A stretch of 64,000 nucleotides of DNA from Candidatus Liptonbacteria bacterium (lineage in GTDB: Bacteria > Patescibacteriota > Minisyncoccia > UBA6257 > 2-01-FULL-56-20). The DNA is taken from assembly GCA_016204385.1 (NCBI GenBank), contig JACQKW010000015.1:29882-93881 (forward strand). The letters run 5' to 3'. A model generated the notes under the pieces. That model was not told where the DNA came from. It made no database searches and worked only from the letters and a program-made list of their open reading frames with translations. The position numbers were made by a program, and so were the translations under genes. Shown piece by piece: positions 59,607 through 64,000 of this stretch (its first letter is position 1; each line of letters begins with the position of its first letter).

Positions 59607-60941
59607 GTGAAGCTTTCTCAAAGCGCAAAAGTTTTTTTTCTTGTGCTCGGCGACATCGTCGTACTCTACGCGTCACTCGCGCTCACGCTTGTGATCCGCT
59701 ACGGCGCGGGTTTTATCCAGGAATTCCCGCTGCACGCGCTTCCGTTCTCGATCATATTCGCGGTGTGGCTCGCGGTTTTCTATTTGAACGGCCTCTATGA
59801 CCTTCGCCATCTGCGGAATAATCTGGAATTCTCGAAAGTGTTAGGTCTTGCGCTCTCGGTGAATGCGCTTCTCACCATCGCGGTCTTTTATCTTGTTCCG
59901 GTATTTGGCATCGCGCCGCGGAGAAATCTTTTTATCTTCCTTGTCCTCTTCGCTGCGCTTGAGATGTTCTGGAGAAGGTCTTTTAACGTGCGTTTGAGTT
60001 TTCGCGAAGGACTGGTAAATGTTCTTCTGCTCGGTGAGACCGAAAGCGCGAGAGAGATCGCGGGCACGCTCCACCACAATCCGCAGATCGGCTATGAGAT
60101 CAAGGCGTGGTTCAGACAGGGTCTCTCTGATCCGGAAACGCGCAATCTCGGCTCAAGCGTGAAGCGCCTCGGCATTAATCTTATCGTTGTTCCCCGGAGC
60201 ATGAAACTGGATCCTAAATTCGCAAAAGTGTTCTACGAACTTCTCTCGTCCGGAATAGAGATAATCGACATCCCGACATTTTACGAAGCGGTGTTCAGAA
60301 AAGTGCCGCTCGGGGAACTCGAGGATGCGTGGTTTCTGGAACATCGGGTCGGGGGGCGAAAGTTTTACGATGATTTTAAGCGCAGCATAAGCTTTGTAAG
60401 CGCGCTCATACTTTTTATTTTCCTCTCGCCACTCATGCTCATCATCGCACTTCTCATCACGCTCACCTCGCCGGGGCCTGCAATTTGCACCCAAATACGA
60501 GCAGGGAAACATAATCGGCCGTATGCCCATTTCAAGTTCAGAACTATGAAATCGTGCAAGGAAAAAGAAGGGCCGCGGTGGACAAGTCCCGGCGACGAAC
60601 GAATTACCCCAATCGGGAAAATTCTTCGACACTCGCACCTCGATGAACTTCCGCAACTTATTAATATCATCAAGGATGATTTGGCGTTCGTGGGGCCCCG
60701 GCCGGAACGCCCGGAATTTGTTACAATGCTTATAGAGAAAATTCCCTACTACAACATCCGTTTCCTCATAAAACCCGGCGTCACCGGCTGGGCGCAAATC
60801 CACCATCGGAGCGACCAAACCACCGACGATGTAATCCAAAAACTTCAGTACGAACTGTATTACCTCAAGAACCGATCCTTTGTGCTCGATCTCGCCATCA
60901 TCATTAAAACAATAAAAACGTTATTTGTTACTCCGCGATGA
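59607..60941 (+). CDS. Polyprenyl-phosphate sugar phosphotransferase (WbaP/bacterial sugar transferase family)
   Basis: GTG start, N-terminal TM helices, C-terminal LDELPQLINIIKDDLAFVGPRPERPEF...KPGVTGWAQI. Confidence 0.85.
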   Translation: MKLSQSAKVFFLVLGDIVVLYASLALTLVIRYGAGFIQEFPLHALPFSIIFAVWLAVFYLNGLYDLRHLRNNLEFSKVLGLALSVNALLTIAVFYLVPVFGIAPRRNLFIFLVLFAALEMFWRRSFNVRLSFREGLVNVLLLGETESAREIAGTLHHNPQIGYEIKAWFRQGLSDPETRNLGSSVKRLGINLIVVPRSMKLDPKFAKVFYELLSSGIEIIDIPTFYEAVFRKVPLGELEDAWFLEHRVGGRKFYDDFKRSISFVSALILFIFLSPLMLIIALLITLTSPGPAICTQIRAGKHNRPYAHFKFRTMKSCKEKEGPRWTSPGDERITPIGKILRHSHLDELPQLINIIKDDLAFVGPRPERPEFVTMLIEKIPYYNIRFLIKPGVTGWAQIHHRSDQTTDDVIQKLQYELYYLKNRSFVLDLAIIIKTIKTLFVTPR

Positions 60942-61861
60942 AAATTATTGTTACGGGGGGTGCCGGATTTATAGGATCGCACATCGTTGATGCGTATGTG
61001 AAGGCGGGCCACCGCGTGGCGGTGATCGACAATCTTTCGACTGGGTTTAGAAAGAACCTCAATCCGCGCGCAAAATTCTATAAAGCGGATATCCAAAACG
61101 CGCCTCTCATAGAACGTGTCTTTAAGAAAGAGCGGCCAGAGATCGTAAACCACCACGCGGCGATTGCGTCGGTAATCCAATCGGTGCGGAATCCCCTCGC
61201 GGTATATGGCGCGAACGTAATGGGAACCGCAAGCATCCTTACTGCCCTTGTGAGATACGGGAGGGGAACGCGGAAAAAAATCATATTCGCATCAAGCGGG
61301 GGGACGCTCTACGGCGACTCCCCGGAAAAAATCCCCGCAGATGAACGCCTGCCGATGCGCCCGATTTCACCGTACGGCATCTCTAAACTCCTCGGGGAAG
61401 AGCTTATCGCCCATTACAGCGGCGCGCATCATTTTTCTCACCTTATCTTCCGCTACGCGAACGTCTACGGCCCGCGGCAAAACCCGAAAGGAGAGGCGGG
61501 AGTCGTCGCAATCTTCGGAGGGCTCATGCGGAAAGGGAAAACGCCCGTTATCTTCGGAGACGGCACGAAAACGCGCGACTACGCGTTTGTGGACGATGTG
61601 GCCCGGGCAAATCTCGCGGCGCTCCGCCGGGGAACAAACGTTACGCTCAACATCGGGCTCGGGAAAGAGATGAGCGACAGAAAGATCTTTGATACGGTGG
61701 CGAAGTATGCGCATTTCTCCGGGAAGCCGAAATTCGCTCCCGAGCGGCCCGGCGAGATCTACCGCATCGCGCTCGATGCGAAGAAGGCAAAAAAAATCCT
61801 CGGCTGGAGGCCGAGAACATTGCTCGACGAGGGCATAAAGCGCACCGTGGCGTCGCTTTAA
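60938..61861 (+). CDS. NAD-dependent epimerase/dehydratase (GalE-like)
   Basis: MKIIVTGGAGFIGSHIV Rossmann motif and YGISKLLGE catalytic YxxxK. Confidence 0.88.
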   Translation: MKIIVTGGAGFIGSHIVDAYVKAGHRVAVIDNLSTGFRKNLNPRAKFYKADIQNAPLIERVFKKERPEIVNHHAAIASVIQSVRNPLAVYGANVMGTASILTALVRYGRGTRKKIIFASSGGTLYGDSPEKIPADERLPMRPISPYGISKLLGEELIAHYSGAHHFSHLIFRYANVYGPRQNPKGEAGVVAIFGGLMRKGKTPVIFGDGTKTRDYAFVDDVARANLAALRRGTNVTLNIGLGKEMSDRKIFDTVAKYAHFSGKPKFAPERPGEIYRIALDAKKAKKILGWRPRTLLDEGIKRTVASL

Positions 61862-61889
61862 AATCTTTGGCGCTCAAGTTTTTACCTCG

Positions 61890-62387
61890 TTACGCGATCC
61901 TGGTTTCCCTCTTTTTTGCGCTCGCCGCGCGCTTTAAATAGTCCGCAAGCAGCCACGAGCTCGATTGCATTTTCCCGCCGCGGCCTACGCTAAATACCAT
62001 CTTGCAGCCGATCTCGTTGCAGACGGGCACTTCGGGAATGTTTTTTTTATTCCGGTCGCCCCCGTTTGCAAAGATGTGCGGCTTTACACGCTTGAGTTCA
62101 CTACACACGCTCATGTCTTTCGGGTTCTTGGGGTGGCTCGTGAGCACTACCTTGTCCACCATTCCGAGCGCTTCGATGACTTCCTTTCGTTCATGATCCG
62201 GCATGAACACGTGCAGTTTTTTCTTCCGAAGCCAGTGGTCGTTGTTCAAAACGACCACGAGCTTGTCGCCGAGTTTTTTCGCTTCGCGAAAAAGGCGCAC
62301 GTGGCCGACGTGGAGCGGGTCGAATCCCCCGCTTACCACAACTACGATCTCTTTTTTCCCTTTTTTCTTCTTCATAGAATCGGGCAC
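61890..62387 (-). CDS. Cytidylyl/adenylyl-transferase family protein (RfaE-II/TagD-like)
   Basis: VVVSGGFDPLHVGHVRLF HxGH nucleotidyltransferase motif. Confidence 0.75.
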   Translation of the reverse strand: MPDSMKKKKGKKEIVVVVSGGFDPLHVGHVRLFREAKKLGDKLVVVLNNDHWLRKKKLHVFMPDHERKEVIEALGMVDKVVLTSHPKNPKDMSVCSELKRVKPHIFANGGDRNKKNIPEVPVCNEIGCKMVFSVGRGGKMQSSSWLLADYLKRAASAKKRETRIA

Positions 62388-62470
62388 GAGAGTATGCTAC
62401 TTTAAAAGCTGGCGTTCTTTGCGCTTCTCGGTTGAGCGATCACTATAAAACAGATGCGGGGAAAAATAAA

Positions 62471-62510
62471 CCCCCACACCACAACAAGGGTTATGCTCGC
62501 GCAGGTGTCT
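62471..62510. mobile_element. Possible degenerate copy 3 of the CCCCCACACC element
   Basis: The left end cccccacacc is intact, the right end is only aggtgtct, and TAAA flanks both sides. Confidence 0.3.
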
Positions 62511-62537
62511 TAAAAATTCAAGATTTCTGCAAGCTTC

Positions 62538-64000
62538 ATGGAGAAAAAACTCAAAGCGGCATTTAGAAAAATATCTCCGTTTGGCGCGGGGGTGAAGCGA
62601 CTGCTTTTTCGAAACGAAACCGCGGGCCAGACGGTGGCGAAAAACGCGTTCTGGCTCACGGTCGGCAACATGGGCGGCCGCCTGCTCCGCGCCGCGATCA
62701 TCATCTACGCCGCGCGGGTTTTGGGTGCCGCCGAATGGGGCGTCTTCTCGTATGCGCTAAGTTTAGTGGCGCTCCTCACGATACTTGTGGATTTCGGCCT
62801 AAGTCCGCTCCTTACCCGCGAAACCGTGAAGACGGCCGACGGAGAAGCGCGGCTCCGGATTCTCTCAACCGCATTTTTCCTGAAGCTCATGTTGCTCGCG
62901 GGAGGCACCGTCTTCCTCCTTCTCGTCGTCCCTTTCTTCGTTTCACTCCCTACAGTCGTCCCGCTTCTCCCTTTCTTCGCGCTCCTCCTCGCATTCGATA
63001 CCCTGCGCGATTTCGGATTTTCGGTCATTCGGGCATCGGAAAAGATGGAGCGGGAAGCGGGGCTCTTTATCCTCACAAATCTCGCGATCGTCATATTCGG
63101 GGCATTCGCGCTTCTCTCATCCCCAAGCGTTCTCTCGTTCACGCTTGCCTACGCGGCAGGCACGGGCGTTGGTTTTCTCGCGACCGTTGCCGCGCTCAAG
63201 CTCAATTGGAGAACCCTTTTCGCCCGTTTCTCGCGCACGCTCGTCCGCCCTCTCCTCTCTTCCGCGTGGCCGTTTGCAACCGCCGCGCTCCTCGGAGGGC
63301 TTATGATCAACATGGACGTGCTCATAATCGGTTTCTTTCGAACCGCAGAGGAGGTGGGGTACTATGCCGCGGCACAGCGTCCCATCCTTCTTCTCTATCT
63401 CATACCCACCATTATTGCGACGAGCGCGTTTCCCATACTCTCCCGTTTCGCAAAGACGGAAAAAGAGAGGTTTTCGCGGGCGCTCGAACGCATACTCGGC
63501 GCGGCAACCCTCGTCGCCGCGCCGCTCGCCGTGGGGGGTGCGGTCGTTGCCCGTGAACTTACGATTCTTCTCTACGGCACATCCTACGAACCCGCCGCGT
63601 TGCCCTTTCGCATCCTCATGATCACCGTGCTCGTGAATTTCACCGCGGTCATCTTGAGCAATGCGCTCTTTGCGCTCGACCGCCAAAGGGAGCTCCTGCG
63701 CTACGCCGCGCTCGGCGCGCTTGGCAACATCGCGCTCGATCTTATCCTCATTCCGCCGTACGGCATCGCGGGATCCGCGTGGGCAACGTTCTTCGCGCAA
63801 GTTGCGGCGAACTGGTATCTCTTCCGCATGATGAGGCGCGCGCACGCGTTGGTGATCCTCCCGCATCTTGGGAAGATAGCAGCGGCTACAATTCTTATGG
63901 CAGCCACCGCGGCGCTTATCGCCGCAATAGGGGTGCACGTCCTTATAAACATCGCGCTCTCGGCAATTCTTTATTTTGCCGTACTCTTGGCTTTACGAGA
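62538..64000 (+). CDS. Polysaccharide flippase (Wzx/MOP superfamily), 3' end beyond the window
   Basis: Not in the ORF track because it is open at the window edge. From the ATG at 62538: MEKKLKAAFRKISPFGAGVKRLLFRNETAGQTVAKNAFWLTVGNMGGRLLRAAIIIYAARVLGAAEWGVFSYAL..., a polytopic protein. Confidence 0.75.
   Translation, partial: MEKKLKAAFRKISPFGAGVKRLLFRNETAGQTVAKNAFWLTVGNMGGRLLRAAIIIYAARVLGAAEWGVFSYALSLVALLTILVDFGLSPLLTRETVKTADGEARLRILSTAFFLKLMLLAGGTVFLLLVVPFFVSLPTVVPLLPFFALLLAFDTLRDFGFSVIRASEKMEREAGLFILTNLAIVIFGAFALLSSPSVLSFTLAYAAGTGVGFLATVAALKLNWRTLFARFSRTLVRPLLSSAWPFATAALLGGLMINMDVLIIGFFRTAEEVGYYAAAQRPILLLYLIPTIIATSAFPILSRFAKTEKERFSRALERILGAATLVAAPLAVGGAVVARELTILLYGTSYEPAALPFRILMITVLVNFTAVILSNALFALDRQRELLRYAALGALGNIALDLILIPPYGIAGSAWATFFAQVAANWYLFRMMRRAHALVILPHLGKIAAATILMAATAALIAAIGVHVLINIALSAILYFAVLLALR

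Overview
The gene content (DUF4012, DUF5663-like, DUF1189-like and PaaX-like proteins, short IF-2, ThrRS without a TGS domain, rplK without an adjacent rplA) suggests a Candidate Phyla Radiation / Parcubacteria-like chromosome; this is inference from content only. I call about 70 protein genes, mostly on the minus strand: lepA, alr, serS, thrS, miaA, gatB, tmk, rplK-nusG-secE, gyrB, infB, rbfA, folA-thyA, groES-groEL behind a CIRCE operator, two thiol-redox clusters, and a cell-envelope polysaccharide cluster at the 3' end. There are four tRNAs (Ser-GCU, Cys-GCA, Leu-UAA, Ser-GGA) and no rRNA or CRISPR array.

The main system is a complete diversity-generating retroelement (DGR) at about 7.16-9.93 kb. 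It has a DGR-type reverse transcriptase, an Avd-like four-helix-bundle gene, and a 135-nt template repeat (TR 8610-8744). The matching variable repeat (VR 9110-9244) forms the last 45 codons of a 205-aa target protein. TR and VR differ at 11 positions, and every one is an adenine on the coding strand of the TR.

Three aspects of this DGR look unusual:
- The whole 2.8-kb cassette is bracketed by a 36-bp direct repeat that duplicates the 5' end of serS. The RT stop codon overlaps the start of the functional serS (ATGA).
- avd lies on the opposite strand, between TR and RT.
- A non-diversified paralog of the target at 19.7-20.4 kb has the same promoter, long 5'-UTR hairpin and terminator layout.

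Other items worth a second look:
- a small MITE-like palindromic element family (CCCCCACACC termini, 4-bp flanking repeats)
- three 42-44-bp palindromes around a PaaX-like regulator gene and upstream of lemA
- a terminator-bounded candidate ncRNA of about 250 nt upstream of gyrB
- conserved structured leaders
- TTAGAAN heptamer arrays in leaders
- a 928-aa DWRLNLP-repeat protein
- an AT-rich two-gene module (small protein plus HEPN-like Rx4H protein) near tRNA-Ser

All calls come from reading the sequence and the supplied ORF track. No database search was run.
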